DNA of 62,934 bases, filler included, from Stramenopiles sp. TOSAG23-3 (GCA_900128585.1; 6 parts of 6 records of this genome joined end to end with filler, not necessarily neighbours in it); one strand, 5' to 3'. Counted from the whole stretch's first letter, positions 31,579 through 43,900 are shown. Program-made: numbers and translations. Notes: generated by a model not told the origin, from the letters alone.

Positions 31579-32067
31579 ATGGAAGGAGACAGGTATACCA
31601 CAGGAAGAAAGCAAATATTTTCTGTTCGTGATTCATTTCTTGCGGCTTCAAATGAAGAAAGGTATGCACTTTTTCCAACGAGATACCCACCTACGTTTTA
31701 TATTACGGACCCGAACGGTGACCGTGTGCGAAACCCGGAGTTCGCTGATATGGAATTTTTAACGCTGAAAAATGTATCGAGTGGTCACACAATAGGGCCC
31801 CTTCCAAGCCGTGCAGTGCAGTTATTAAAATGTTTGGATCATCGCATTTTTGGCTGCTGGAGATGTTTACTATATGACAACGGACGCAAGGAGATTGACC
31901 AGGATGTAATGGCCGAGTGGGAGAAGTTCCTTGAGCTCGATAAGCCGTTACAGGAAAAAATAAAAGCAACGTTCCCCAGTGCGAAGGAAGCTGCGCAAAA
32001 ACTAAGGGCGAGATGGGCAACTGACGAAGTGTATTGGCCGTCAGCCGAGGACCTTTTGGGAATTTAG
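31579..32067 (+). CDS. Hypothetical protein (orphan)
   Basis: 162-codon ORF from the first in-frame ATG, higher GC than flanks; no recognised motif. Confidence 0.5.
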   Translation: MEGDRYTTGRKQIFSVRDSFLAASNEERYALFPTRYPPTFYITDPNGDRVRNPEFADMEFLTLKNVSSGHTIGPLPSRAVQLLKCLDHRIFGCWRCLLYDNGRKEIDQDVMAEWEKFLELDKPLQEKIKATFPSAKEAAQKLRARWATDEVYWPSAEDLLGI

Positions 32068-32330
32068 CCTCGAAGCGAGGATCGAGCCTTTAGGTACCAA
32101 ATAACATCAATGTAGTTAATACTGTTGCCGTGGATAGATTAGTGTGTATTGACGGCTGTTCTACGAGTACATTGTAATATAAATATAAATAAATCTTACC
32201 ATCTGGACGGATATAATAAAAAGTTACTATTTTTTATAGTAATTTTCAAATAATTTGGATATGTTCTTGAAGAGAGAGTCTTATATTATATACTATATAT
32301 GATATCATATGTTTTTTTATGAAGAAGTTG

Positions 32331-32555
32331 TTCAGTTCGCAGTTCGCAGTACATTAATTTTAATTGCTACCCTTGGTAATTAAAAATTAACAGCCAATTT
32401 TCTTGTTTTTAGATAAATAGCAGCGCCAAATATTTTGTTTCTGTTAAATATGATTATATATAAGGGTACGACGAAGCTAAATTTAATTACTTAAATAACA
32501 GCCAATTTTCTTGTTTTTATATAACATAACACATGTTTTAAGACTCTCATTTTAT
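32331..32555 (+). repeat. Cluster of 3'-flank element copies
   Basis: TTCAGTTCGCAGTTCGCAGTACATTAATTTTAATT; AACAGCCAATTTTCTTGTTTTTA x2. Confidence 0.8.
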
Positions 32556-32580
32556 ATTTTAAAAAAACGATGCATATTGT

Positions 32581-33168
32581 TCAACGCTTCTCTCTGTCCC
32601 CTCTTGTGTAGCTTACGTAACTGGTCCATATTGCACTAACCGAGGCCACAAACGGAACTCTAAACCACATTGGGGAGAAAGCAAAATTAAACAACTGCGC
32701 AGGGACCCAGAGTGCCCAAATAGCTGGCAAATCTTCAGCGGCGTTCTGTTTGTACTTCGAAATGCCATTCCGCCAGTCACCCCCCGCTAAGTATTCTTGA
32801 ACTGTGTAAAAGAGGGGGAAATAAATCAAGGGATTGTTTATCCCATTCTCAATCAAACACTGAACTCCAACAGCCTTCATGCCTGCAGTGTCTTTCAACT
32901 TTGCCCTCCACGCCTTTGCTACAAACGAAACAGCGTTTGGGCAAACACGTGGCATCATTTTTACGAAAAGGGCGTACTGCCACGCACCGTTAAACAAAAG
33001 CCCGAACGTAACAAAAACACTAGTCCTGGTCCAATCTACCATTTCTTTTTCTTCCACAGTCATCTGTACCAATATGTCGCACAATCCATTCTTTGTACCC
33101 GCCAGCCCCACCCCAAAAATAAACGGGCGCCTCATAGGAAGCGTTCTTAACGCACTGAAAAACCCCAT
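32581..33168 (-). CDS. Mpv17/PMP22 family membrane protein
   Basis: DILVQ..E..DWTRT..F..FG; WALWVPAQLFNF...P...RVPFVASVSAIWTSYVS. Confidence 0.9.
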   Translation of the reverse strand: MGFFSALRTLPMRRPFIFGVGLAGTKNGLCDILVQMTVEEKEMVDWTRTSVFVTFGLLFNGAWQYALFVKMMPRVCPNAVSFVAKAWRAKLKDTAGMKAVGVQCLIENGINNPLIYFPLFYTVQEYLAGGDWRNGISKYKQNAAEDLPAIWALWVPAQLFNFAFSPMWFRVPFVASVSAIWTSYVSYTRGDREKR

Positions 33169-33509
33169 CTATATCCTGATGGGTTTTCTTACTTACTACA
33201 CTTTACAAACCTAAATGACTCCCTGTACGCGCACTGGCTGGCCAGCGGAAGCGAAGCAAAACACGATGGGCTACTTCAAATGTTAAAGTACAATGAATCA
33301 ATTGATCCCAAGGGGTGAAAATCAGATTGTATACAAGATATGGACGTTATACAATAAAACTAAAACTGACTTAGTTTCAAAAATTTACCACAAGCGATTA
33401 TTTATCTCTTCTAGTAGTACTAAATAATAATATAATGTTGTGGTCTGAAATCCCGTTGGGGATGAGTCGAGAAGCGTAGTAAGTCCAGATCTAATTTTTT
33501 TACCGAAGA

Positions 33510-33845
33510 GGAGGAGTAGTAAGAAGTAATAATAAAAGAAAAAAAGAGAACAACAAAAAAAAAGAAGAATAATAATTATTAAAAAAAAAAAGAAGTAGTA
33601 AGAAGAACGAAAGAAGAAGAAGAAAGAAGAACGAAAGAAGAACGAAAGAAGAAGAACGAAAGAAAAAGAAAGAAGAAGAAGAAAAAGAGAAGTCCTCATT
33701 ATTAATAAATATTAATTCCTTAAAATATTAAAATAATAATAAAAAATTTTAAAAAACGACGACGAGAGGCGAGAGGAGGAGAAAAGAAGAAAAGAAGAAA
33801 GAGTCGGAAAGAAAGAGTCGAAAGAAAGAAAGAAAAGAAGAATTT
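33510..33845. repeat. Purine-rich low-complexity (GAA/AAAG) tract
   Basis: Degenerate GAA arrays in a divergent intergenic region. Confidence 0.8.
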
Positions 33846-34418
33846 GTTGTTTTATATTTTTTTATTAAAAAAAAATAAAAAAAAAAGGAGTCAGAGTCAG
33901 ACCCATTTTTATTATCATAGTAGTTATAATAATATAGAGAAGAAGAATATTATAATTTAAAGTATTAAATATTATACAGTCTCTACAGTTTATATAGGAG
34001 GGAAGTGTTACGTAGTGGGATTGGATATTATTGGATGGAGGAAGGAGGAAGAAGGGGGGGGTGGGGTGGATGGGTTCAACATATTTATTATAGTTTTTCA
34101 AAGTATGTTCACATTGTGTCTATGTTGTTTCGTGTTTTGTTTTTTTATTATAGAAACAACAAAAAAACAAACAAACAAAAAAGAATAAAATCGCGCAGCA
34201 GCATGCACTTCCTTCCATTACTCTCCGTACTTTACACCGCCATCCGGACAGTTATGTATATGCATAATGAACGAACAACTATTATACATGCACACCTTTA
34301 GGTTTGCCGATGAGTCTGAAGGTAGATCAGAAACATATTACTGAAATACAAAATGTGCGCTCGCGAATATTTAACATAACATAACGAAACAGAACAAACA
34401 CCCAGCAACGCTCCCAAC

Positions 34419-35483
34419 ATGCCTTCTAGCACTGGTCTTCTCCTCCTGCTCCTCCCCATTGCCCTTGGATTGTGCCAAGCTGCATCATGGGACCGCGCAC
34501 TTGCACGGACAACATTCAAAGTCGCCGATGAGTACAGTCGCAAAGCGGTTGCACAGAATGCGCAGAACTGTGTTGACTCCAGCAAGGTGGAATCTCACCC
34601 TGGAATGATGTGGAGTGGAGAGCCGACCTTTCGGGACGTCATGCCATCGCCGACAGAAAAATTGGAAGTAACTATGTGCTGTCAGCTTGCAGGAGGAGTT
34701 GTGCGCTCCGAAAAATTTTCTATACTGAAGTATTCGAATCATTCCTCTCGTGCTGGACAGCCCGCCTACCTGTGTGCTGCTTATGGCAAGGATGCGAAAC
34801 TTGTGAAAGGAAATAGTTCGATCACAGCGGGCCTGGCACCCGGGCTACCACCCGCGCCCCCCGGCCCACCGAAACCGAACTGCAATTTCCCTACTGCACA
34901 AGAATGCATTGCCGGTGGCGGTGCAGGCAAGTGTTTCTGGTATGGCAATGCGTGTTCGTACCAAACACCCCCGGAGCTGAACTGCATTCAGATTGAAAGC
35001 ATGCCATATCACGAAGGGAACATCTGCATGTCGATGATCATATTTGATTCTGATCCATTTTCTTCAGGCCCATCCAAACTGCTGAAAGGGTCAGAGCCTG
35101 TCCTTGGCAAGTTCAACTGGTCGTCTGGTCAGCTGAATCAGTACACCAAAGTGACGAAATCGCCGCCGCAGATTCTGGTTCCCGGTAGCGAATTGTACTG
35201 GTGGAGTATTTCCACCGGCCTCGTAGTGAATTCAAGCGGGAGCTTTATGCACCCGTTCGATGCGACCGTGACTTACGAGGAAATCGTCAATGGCAAACAA
35301 ACCCATGCGACCGGGTTCACCTATGGTGTGTCTGGCAATGCCAACTTTGGCATCGACTTGAGTGGACCCGGCCATGCCGGGAAAATCACTGGGCAGACCG
35401 TCGGAGTTAACACAGCCTTTGTGACCGCGTTTAATATGGTCTTCTGGCCAAACGTGACTGACGCAACTGCGGCTTTAAAGTAA
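34419..35483 (+). CDS. Secreted Cys-rich hypothetical protein with Pro-rich linker
   Basis: Signal peptide (LLLLLLPIALGLCQA), two Cys clusters, PGLPPAPPGPPKP. Confidence 0.75.
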   Translation: MPSSTGLLLLLLPIALGLCQAASWDRALARTTFKVADEYSRKAVAQNAQNCVDSSKVESHPGMMWSGEPTFRDVMPSPTEKLEVTMCCQLAGGVVRSEKFSILKYSNHSSRAGQPAYLCAAYGKDAKLVKGNSSITAGLAPGLPPAPPGPPKPNCNFPTAQECIAGGGAGKCFWYGNACSYQTPPELNCIQIESMPYHEGNICMSMIIFDSDPFSSGPSKLLKGSEPVLGKFNWSSGQLNQYTKVTKSPPQILVPGSELYWWSISTGLVVNSSGSFMHPFDATVTYEEIVNGKQTHATGFTYGVSGNANFGIDLSGPGHAGKITGQTVGVNTAFVTAFNMVFWPNVTDATAALK

Positions 35484-35547
35484 AACAGAATTGTCTTCTA
35501 GTGCTTGGGAGAGCTCTCGTCTTCTATCTATCATTGTCTTGAAGAAG

Positions 35548-35657
35548 AATGGGATATCTTTTTCTCTACTACTGGCAATGGTACTACGACAGAAATAAAT
35601 TAAATGGGATATCTTTTTCTCTACTACTGGCAATGGTACTACGACAGAAATAAATTA
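35548..35657. repeat. Perfect 55-bp tandem duplication
   Basis: AATGGGATATCTTTTTCTCTACTACTGGCAATGGTACTACGACAGAAATAAATTA x2. Confidence 0.92.
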
Positions 35658-35897
35658 ATAAAAAAACCTTCTTCTCTTTTCTTCTTCTTCTACCAAGTAT
35701 CTGGGGATTTTATTATACCATATTCATCGGTCTAATTATATTTTTAGTATTTTTATTTTATATACACAGCAGCAGGACGGAGGAATAAGGAATGAGGAGT
35801 AGGCAGTACGACGAAATGCATTTTTTCTTTTAAAAATAATACAAGAAAGGTGAGGGATGATATTATGGTGTGTCTATATTAATATTGCATATATAGT

Positions 35898-36602
35898 TTA
35901 TTCCTTCGATTGCTCACCCAACGTTTCAACAACGAAGTTATCATTGGTGTATACACAAATTTCTGATGCAATCTGTAGCGCACGGGTCGCTATTGCCTCC
36001 GCATCCATGGTGGGGTGGTCCATTAATGCGCGCGCAGCTGCCAGTGCGTACGGCCCTCCAGAACCAATGGCAATCACCCCGTCCGTGCTGTCGAACACGT
36101 CGCCATTCCCAGTAATTGTATACGAGTGCTCCGTGTCCGTCACAATCATAGTTGCTTGCAAGTGGCGCATGTACTTTTCCGTCCTCCAGTCCTTTGCAAG
36201 CTCTACGCACGCACGCGTCAGCTGCCCCGGGTATTGGTCAAGTTTCTTTTCCAGGCGGTCAAGGAGCGACATTGCGTCAGCCGTTCCTCCCGCAAAACCA
36301 ACCAGGATCTCGTTTTTGTCCGACTGCACGCGGCGCACTTTCTTTGCATTTGGTTTTGCAATAGTAGGCCCCATCGACACCTGACCGTCGCCCACCACCG
36401 CAACTTTTCCATCTTTTCGCACCGAGCAAATTGTCGTTGCGCGAAATTTAGCATCCGAATCCGCCAAGTTCCAACCAAAGGTCGACATGGGGCGCGCCAA
36501 ACGCACGGACCGCGCGTTCTTGCCCGTCAAAAACGCGGCTCTTCTCCCTCCAACACCAGACGCTAGCGAAAGTGCCCGAGTAGCCAATACGTTACCAAAC
36601 AT
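35898..36602 (-). CDS. hslV: Mitochondrial HslV (ClpQ) protease subunit
   Basis: Presequence then A|TTICSVRK (Thr nucleophile), [33 protein letters not shown]. Confidence 0.95.
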   Translation of the reverse strand: MFGNVLATRALSLASGVGGRRAAFLTGKNARSVRLARPMSTFGWNLADSDAKFRATTICSVRKDGKVAVVGDGQVSMGPTIAKPNAKKVRRVQSDKNEILVGFAGGTADAMSLLDRLEKKLDQYPGQLTRACVELAKDWRTEKYMRHLQATMIVTDTEHSYTITGNGDVFDSTDGVIAIGSGGPYALAAARALMDHPTMDAEAIATRALQIASEICVYTNDNFVVETLGEQSKE

Positions 36603-36652
36603 ACTGTCAAAATTAAACGATAAAAGATAATGCAAAACAACAATTTCAGCAG

Positions 36653-36752
36653 NNNNNNNNNNNNNNNNNNNNNNNNNNNNNNNNNNNNNNNNNNNNTTAA
36701 TTAATTAANNNNNNNNNNNNNNNNNNNNNNNNNNNNNNNNNNNNNNNNNNNN
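36653..36752. other. Artificial contig linker
   Basis: N44-TTAATTAATTAA-N44. Confidence 0.98.
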
Positions 36753-37134
36753 ACAATATTTAAAGTTTTTGCGATAAAATTATTTAATGATTTTTTATAT
36801 TTTATACCTTGTAACAGTGTCCTATATAAATATGATACTATCTATTATATCAAATTATTTAGAAGAAGAGAACGAACAACAGGAAAACAAGAAGAAGAAG
36901 AACAACAAAAAACGAAGAAGAAAGAAGAAGAAGAAGTACGAACAACCACCACCAACACACAACGACGACGACGGACGAGTGTCACATTTTCTTCATTTCA
37001 TTCATTACACCAACCAACCAAACACAAACCTATTTGAAACAAGTTGCGTGGAAGAAAAGTTAGCAGTTGCTGTACAAAGTTATATGTTATGTGGAAGAAA
37101 ACATATACTACTCTGTAAGGTATTCGAATCAACC

Positions 37135-37560
37135 ATGGCGTGGCAAAGAATAGCTGCACAGGTAATTATTACAGCAACCCAGGTTGTTGGGAAAGCGTTC
37201 GTGCAGGCGTACCGACAGGCCGCGGTGAATGCTGGTAAAGAAGGTGCCAAAGCGGCCGGTGGGATAGTGAAAAGGGGGCAGATGACGGAAGGTGAAGCGC
37301 TACAAATATTGAATGTAAAAAAGCTGCCGGACGGGGAGCTGCCAATACGGGAAGAGGTGGAAGACAATTATCTAAAGTTCTTCGAAGCGAACGATCCTGC
37401 GCAGGGCGGATCGTACTATTTGCAGTCTAAATTTTTCAGGGCACACGAATTTCTGGAGCAACATCGTTTGGAGTTAGAAGAAGAAAAGGCGAATGAAGAA
37501 GCCAAGGCAGCTAGTGCAACGGACGATAGCGGGGGCCCAGATGAAAAGAAGTCAGGCTGA
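37135..37560 (+). CDS. PAM16: Mitochondrial import motor subunit PAM16/TIM16
   Basis: QVVGKAFVQAYRQA, MTEGEALQILNV, ND..GGSYYLQSK; the upstream ORF extension is low-complexity, so the start is set at 37135. Confidence 0.93.
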   Translation: MAWQRIAAQVIITATQVVGKAFVQAYRQAAVNAGKEGAKAAGGIVKRGQMTEGEALQILNVKKLPDGELPIREEVEDNYLKFFEANDPAQGGSYYLQSKFFRAHEFLEQHRLELEEEKANEEAKAASATDDSGGPDEKKSG

Positions 37561-37717
37561 TATTCTTGCATAAATTCGTACCCATACAACATCATTCTTT
37601 ACGTAGATTACTAAGGTGTACGATTATATTATTTTGTTAAACGTTAAGCACGTCGTGTGCACGGGCACGCAAAATTGTTTTTGTTTTCTTCCTCAGAGGG
37701 CGTCTGTGGCGTCGCGT

Positions 37718-38164
37718 TTAATTGTTCTTCCCTCGTTTAAAATCGGGAATGGGGGGGGTCTCAACTAATACTCTCCTGTCCAGGTCTGGAAGGGACAGGT
37801 CTGGGGTCCTTGCAAAGGCTTTACACTCCTCGGGCAACGCTTCGATTGCATCATGCATACACTGTAAACGAATTTGCCGTGCTTTCTCTTGTGCCAAATA
37901 CCTCTCTCGGAAACGCTTGTTGTACTCTTTCATTGCCTCGTGATATTCTACTTTTTCTTCCTCAGTCATTCTATCATCAGTCTCGTCCGGTATAGAGTTT
38001 AAAATCTTCAAACAGAGCCTCATGTTAGCGTCATGCTGCTTTCCGACTTGGGCCATATCAATCTCCCCCGAACCTTTTTTCGATGCGGCAGCTGACAGGC
38101 CCCTCCTGCATACACTAGCGCGGAAAGTCCGCGACGTAGTGCACAACATGGTGGTACAAAACAT
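37718..38164 (-). CDS. MRPL40: Mitochondrial ribosomal protein mL40-like
   Basis: Presequence; C-terminal AIEALPE....A..PD......R....ETPPIP.F. Confidence 0.75.
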   Translation of the reverse strand: MFCTTMLCTTSRTFRASVCRRGLSAAASKKGSGEIDMAQVGKQHDANMRLCLKILNSIPDETDDRMTEEEKVEYHEAMKEYNKRFRERYLAQEKARQIRLQCMHDAIEALPEECKAFARTPDLSLPDLDRRVLVETPPIPDFKRGKNN

Positions 38165-38669
38165 TATCTTTCCAACGGTTTGCCTTTCCGTCTCCTTTAC
38201 GATTGTTCCTCGTTACAGAAAATCCGCGTGCACGAAGTAACCGTTTCTGATCTTTCTTAAACTTCCAATCTCTTGTATGATCACAATACGAAACATGCAA
38301 AAGTTTATTCAATCAAACAGAGTGGCAAAATTTCTACTTCAATTTTTTTAAAAATTATTTTTATTATTAAATAATAATTATTATTATTTATTATTGTTCT
38401 TCTTCAGTTGTATTCCCTTGGTACGGTAATACATACAGTAAAATTAAATAATAATAATAATTATAAAAAAAATTAATAATAATAATAATAATAAAAAAAT
38501 AAATAATAGGCGAGACAGACGACTACTACTAGTACTAGTACTAGTCTAAAATAAAATAATATTAATAAATACGTGTCATTCTTTCTCGTATTTTTTTTGT
38601 GTACTGCGCCTGCTAAGGTACGCACCCCTATTATACTTTGTACAAGAACTGCTGCGGTCCCCAACAACT

Positions 38670-40031
38670 TCACACGACTTCTGGCTGTGCCGGTTTCCCG
38701 GCTTCCTCTACGACACTCTTCACGCTTTCTGCCTGACTTGCCGCGCTGCGTACGCTAGCCCCACTGCTCGGCCGGCTTTTACTGCCACTACTATATCGAC
38801 TGCTGACGCTACTTTTGCAACTTTTACTGGAACGGCCGCTTTTATTGCTTTTCGTACTCTTTTTGCTCTTCGTCGACTTGGATGACCTTTTGCTTTTCGT
38901 GCTTTTGGAGGAAACATAACTGCTAGTCGTAGACATATTGTCTTGCAAGTGGGATGCTTCCGTGCCATCGTCGTCAAAATGGCCATCAACGTCTCCCATC
39001 TGCGACATGGTCTCCGACGCGTTTGCCAAATCGTCCTGCTCATCCTGTATAAATTTTAAGGATGCCAACTGCTCCTCTTTCTTCCCTTTCTTCTCTCTCA
39101 ACGCCTCTTCTCTGATTTTCTTTTGCATCAAGTAGCTCTTGTACTTTTCTTTGCTTGACCAAATATTGTCTGCGTTAACTAGTTTTTCATGCTCCATCTG
39201 TATGCTTAGCACCCGCCCGTCCCCATAATAAAGTAGTGCCTTCCCATGTGGCTTCCCGTAATGCCATCCTCCGTCGTACATAGTTCCATCGGCAAAGGAT
39301 TTTTTCCCCTGTCCGTGGTGCTTTCCCTTCGACCACATTCCATCGTATTTGGCACCGTCGTTGGGCCATACCTTTACGCCGTAGCCTTCGGGTTTATTCA
39401 TATTGTAATTTCCTTTGTACTTTGTGCCGTCGATTAACCGCATCAAACCATTCCCATGCTGCTCGTCCTTGTACCAATTGCCTTTGTAATAATTGCCATT
39501 GTGCCAAGTGTACTTTCCTATTCCGTGGCGAAAACCACGTTTCCACTTCCCTACATACACTGCCCCGTCTGTCCACGTCATTGTTCCCATGCCATGAGGA
39601 AGGCCACGATCCCAGTCCCCTTTATACTCGTTCCCGCTCGCCCAAGTGTATGCGCCTTTTCCGTGCCTAAAGTTGTGTTTCCAGTCACCTGCGTACTGGT
39701 CGCCGTTAACGGCATAGAACGTGCCTTTTCCGTGGAACGTATCCTCCTCATAGTCCCCGTCGTATTGGGCACCGTCGGGATATTCACCTAAACCAACCCC
39801 TGTCCTAACTCCTTTCTCCCAATCCCCATCGTAGCTCTCCCCATCTACGTATTCCATGCGCCCTTGACCGTGAGGGTATTTCTTATAATTTTGCCACTCC
39901 CCTTCATACCTTCGGCCGTCTTCTAGCCATTTCGTTCTCCACGTAACCGGTGGGGTGATCACCAGTGACTTACACCCGTGCTGGCTAATTCGTTCGTAAT
40001 AATAATCAAAACACTCAAACAGGCAATTCAT
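38670..40031 (-). CDS. MORN-repeat protein with Ser/Lys-rich tail
   Basis: About 10 YxGxW..G..HG.G repeats; (SxK)n tail; intronless. Confidence 0.9.
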   Translation of the reverse strand: MNCLFECFDYYYERISQHGCKSLVITPPVTWRTKWLEDGRRYEGEWQNYKKYPHGQGRMEYVDGESYDGDWEKGVRTGVGLGEYPDGAQYDGDYEEDTFHGKGTFYAVNGDQYAGDWKHNFRHGKGAYTWASGNEYKGDWDRGLPHGMGTMTWTDGAVYVGKWKRGFRHGIGKYTWHNGNYYKGNWYKDEQHGNGLMRLIDGTKYKGNYNMNKPEGYGVKVWPNDGAKYDGMWSKGKHHGQGKKSFADGTMYDGGWHYGKPHGKALLYYGDGRVLSIQMEHEKLVNADNIWSSKEKYKSYLMQKKIREEALREKKGKKEEQLASLKFIQDEQDDLANASETMSQMGDVDGHFDDDGTEASHLQDNMSTTSSYVSSKSTKSKRSSKSTKSKKSTKSNKSGRSSKSCKSSVSSRYSSGSKSRPSSGASVRSAASQAESVKSVVEEAGKPAQPEVV

Positions 40032-40929
40032 AATGATTGTGCCTTACGATTACTGCCAACTGTTGGGTTCAACGATTATGTTATCTCTTTTTACGGAACA
40101 TGTTTCATCATGCGACAAAGTATACTGAAGTGGTAGTCCTTCGACAACTAAAAACGTTTTGCTGGAAACACTGTAGTATTATTAATATTATTATAATATA
40201 TATTACGAACTTTTTTTAATAATAATAATAATTATTTGTTACTATCAGTATTATAAATACTACCAACTCTCGTAGTAGTATTACATATATAAATAACAAA
40301 TTGTTTGTTTATTTATTATTTTTTTTCTCCTCCCTCCAAACAATTGTTGTTGTTGTTTGCTGTTGTTTGCTGTTTTGCTTTTGTTTGCTTTTGTTGTTCT
40401 TGATGATTTGTAGGATTTGGGTTATTGCTAGGTACTGCTTCCCGTATTCTTCTAAATAGCAGTTTCTCTTCTTCTCTCATCATCAACGTACTTTTGCGGC
40501 GGGGTAATTTTTATCCGGTAAATTAATGATGCTGTGCCCATTGAAACGACTGCTCTGTTCTTCCGCGTCGTCGGGGGGTACCTGGTACCATACGCCTCGT
40601 AGTCTATGAATGAGATAATAAATATAAAAAATCATAATTATTATTAATTATTATAGAACAATAATTATTATTATTATTAATTAAACTAATTATATATTAT
40701 TATATTAGAAATTAATAGTCGTCTTCTATTGGTAATAATAGAAATTGGCTAGTTATTTAAAATACAGTTAACCAACTTTCGTTCTCGATAAGCCGTCGTA
40801 CTTCTCGCAAAAAATTAACAAAGAAGGTGTTAACATGTCGCTCGCTTCCTTGCCACTATAAAGTATTTTTGAAATTTATTGAACTCTGTTATGCATTAGG
40901 AACGCATCGATTGCTTTTCAGTCACCGCT

Positions 40930-43900
40930 ATGGCCGATGATATGGAGGCTGTTCGGCAGATGGACGCGGCGGCGCGGAAAAAACGCCGCGCTATGCATGG
41001 TATTGCAGGACAGTTGAGCGCTTCGGGTTACCTGCCACCCTTGCCCCTTCCAACCCCGGAACTAGGCTTTGACGAAGAAATTCGATTCGGTAGCCTTGCT
41101 TGTGTGAAAAAGGCACTACGAAGGCGGGGTCTATCACTAAATTCTATCGGACTTAAGGGTCACGACCGGCTCACCCACTTGGGAAAGCGGCTAAAAATAG
41201 CCCTGGCCCGTGAAAAAGAGGCACTGGACGAAGCAGCTTTGTGCAAAGAGCTGAAAGATCGTGGAAAGTCCATCGTAACAGTCGGTGTGCTAGGTAGGGA
41301 AAGGACGAAACTGCTGGCGCAGCGATTGCACGAATATAGGAGCAAGGAGTTGCTCCGCCAGCAGGCCCAGGAGAAAATTGAGATTTGGAAAAATATTGCC
41401 GGGGCAAGCCCAGTAGCACGGAAGAAAACGTTTCAAGATTACAATAAGGAAAAGTATTTGAAACTGTTCAGTGCAGCAATTTCCATAAATAATTATCCGG
41501 AGGTGCAGCGTTTGATAGAAATAGGCTGCGACCCAAATTTTGAGACAAAAGCAAACCATACAGCTCTTCGGCAGGCAGCTACTTTCAACAGAATAGAGCT
41601 GACGAAATGGCTTGTAGCAAACGGGGCAGAGGTTGATTTCCAAGGCAGCACCGGGGTAACGGCGCTTATTATTGCCTCTGCGCTGGGGTATACGGAAATG
41701 ATCAATTTGCTTATTTCTTTGGGGGCAAAGGTTGACTTTGAAACGGACACTCGAAGGACTCCGTTAATAGCTGCGTGCAAAGAAGGGCGAGAGTCGTCGG
41801 TCATGGTACTCCTTCGGGAACGTGCAAATGTAAACAAACAAAACGGGGATGGGATGACCCCCCTAATGGTGGCGGCGGTGCACCAGCAGATGCACGTCAT
41901 GCGCTTGCTCTTGCAGCATGAGGCAGATGTTGACATTGCAGATAATGATGGACGGGACGTTCTCACGGTAGCAAAGTTGGCTCACGCGCACAAGGCCCTA
42001 GATTTTTTGAAAAAACATATTGGAAAACGGCCACAAGAGTGGAAGAAAAGGCAAAGGGCTAAATCACGAGACTTGGGCAACAATGAAGGAAAAAAGAAGG
42101 ATGCTAATGAAAGCGTAAACAAACGTTTGCACGTCGACAAAGTGGCACAGAATGCTGTTATTGGGAATGATTTTGATACCGTGGTACGACTGATTCGAAG
42201 GCGCATGGTTTCCCCCAACCTCGAAACACATGCTGGTGAGACGCCGCTAATGCGGTCCAGTTGGTATGGGCGCTTGAAAGAGATGGAAATTTTTCTTGCT
42301 ATGGGCGCTGAAGTCGATTACCAAAACCAACGCGGGCGGAGTGCCTTGATGTCTGCCGCGAAAAACAATCAAGCGGCAGCAATAGAATTGCTTGTGAGTT
42401 GGGGCGCATATTTGCAGCTTGAAGATGCTGATGGGTGGACCGCTTTGATGCTTGGGGCTGAGAACGGCTCTACCCAAGCGGTCGAAACGCTGATCCAGCA
42501 TGGTGCGTTTGTAAACCACCGTAACGCCTTCGGAAAAACTGCCTTTGTAGCGGCCATTGGTTCTGGTCAAGGGTCCACAGCTAGTATTTTGATGCCCAGG
42601 GACGCTGCAATGAGCGTGCTCGAAACGACGGTCGCAAAGTTGGCCCACAAAGGCCTCATCGGGATGGACGATGGAGGAAGCAGCAGTGCCGATGTACAGG
42701 CCCTTATAGATAAGGGCATACCTACCGCAGATCCGTTTGGTAACGGCGACAGTCCGGGTGCGGCAACTTCTCCAAGCATACTTACCAAGGGCATGAAAAA
42801 GGTTCGGAAAACTGACATTGTCGAAATAGCGCGCGAAGTTGCCGAGGACGTAGACGAAGCCATCGTGGAACGCTTGCAAGAGGAAGCGATACAGCGAGGG
42901 AGCATCGAGGCTGCACGAAAACGGGGACGAAGGGAGGCCGTGACAGACATTCAATATTCACCGTTGAAGAACGTCCCAAAAGAACGCGCAGTAAAGATTG
43001 ACCCGAAAGCCTTTACGTTCAGCATGGACATATGTGAAAACGTTCTTGATGGGATGCGCGAGCGATTGTCCGGGGTTCAAAAACGCCTTCAAAAGATCGT
43101 CGAAGACGGTGGCACAGTACCGGAAGTGCACCTTGATTACTTTGATGATCCAGCCGAGCTGAAGATGGCCGCGTTTTATATCAGTACTGGGGAGAATTTT
43201 AACGCAGCCAAAATGCTGAAAGAAAGCTTAAAGATGCAACGGGAGCGTTTCGGGGAAACTCATTACGAGGTTGCAAAGTCTTTGAATGTATGGGGGGGGC
43301 TTTATTCAGCCCTGGGGAAGTTTGACAAAGCCGTTGTTTTGCATGGACGGGCGAAAAAGATTCTGGTGCACAACCACGGTCACATGCATATTGACGTCGC
43401 CTCAACGTTTGACATGCTCGTGAATGCTCTCTGCGGCGCTCACCAGTACGAAGAAGCCATTATTGTTTGTGAAAGGCAGTCCAAGGTCTTGCGACGAAAA
43501 TTAGATCGTCATCATCCCCTGTGCCAGCAAATGAGCAAGTTAGCGCGCATGGCAGAGAAAAAAGACTCTGCTTATGCAAAGGAGGTCGAAAAATCGAAAG
43601 CCTTGGAAATAAAAGATCTGGAAAAGAAGCGAATTGCAATGCTCAAGGAAGAGGAGGCCAAAGTATTGTGGGGGGACCGCAACAAGGGGAAATCGTTAAT
43701 AGACGCGTTCAAAGATGAGCTGCCCCCGGAAGTCAAACGCCTTCTGACTATGGAGTCATTGCAGCAATTGTTGGCAAAGGATACCCTTTTTGTATCATTT
43801 TTCAAAAAATACGCAAGGTACGCATTCTTTAAGTTTGAGCTTCAATTCTTTTTGGAAGTTGAAAAATATAGAAATACAAGTACCAGAGACCCAGAGTTTG

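Noticed and set aside
33385-33699. Phe/Leu-rich or Lys/Arg-rich ORFs in spacers (also 46537-46813, 59150-59482)
   Set aside because: Translations of microsatellites
35898-36602. Bacterial contamination suggested by hslV and trmA
   Set aside because: hslV has a mitochondrial-type presequence, both genes share contigs with clearly eukaryotic genes, and eukaryotic HslV is known
36787-37134. N-terminal extension of PAM16
   Set aside because: Translates AT-rich microsatellite spacer; the conserved protein begins at ATG 37135
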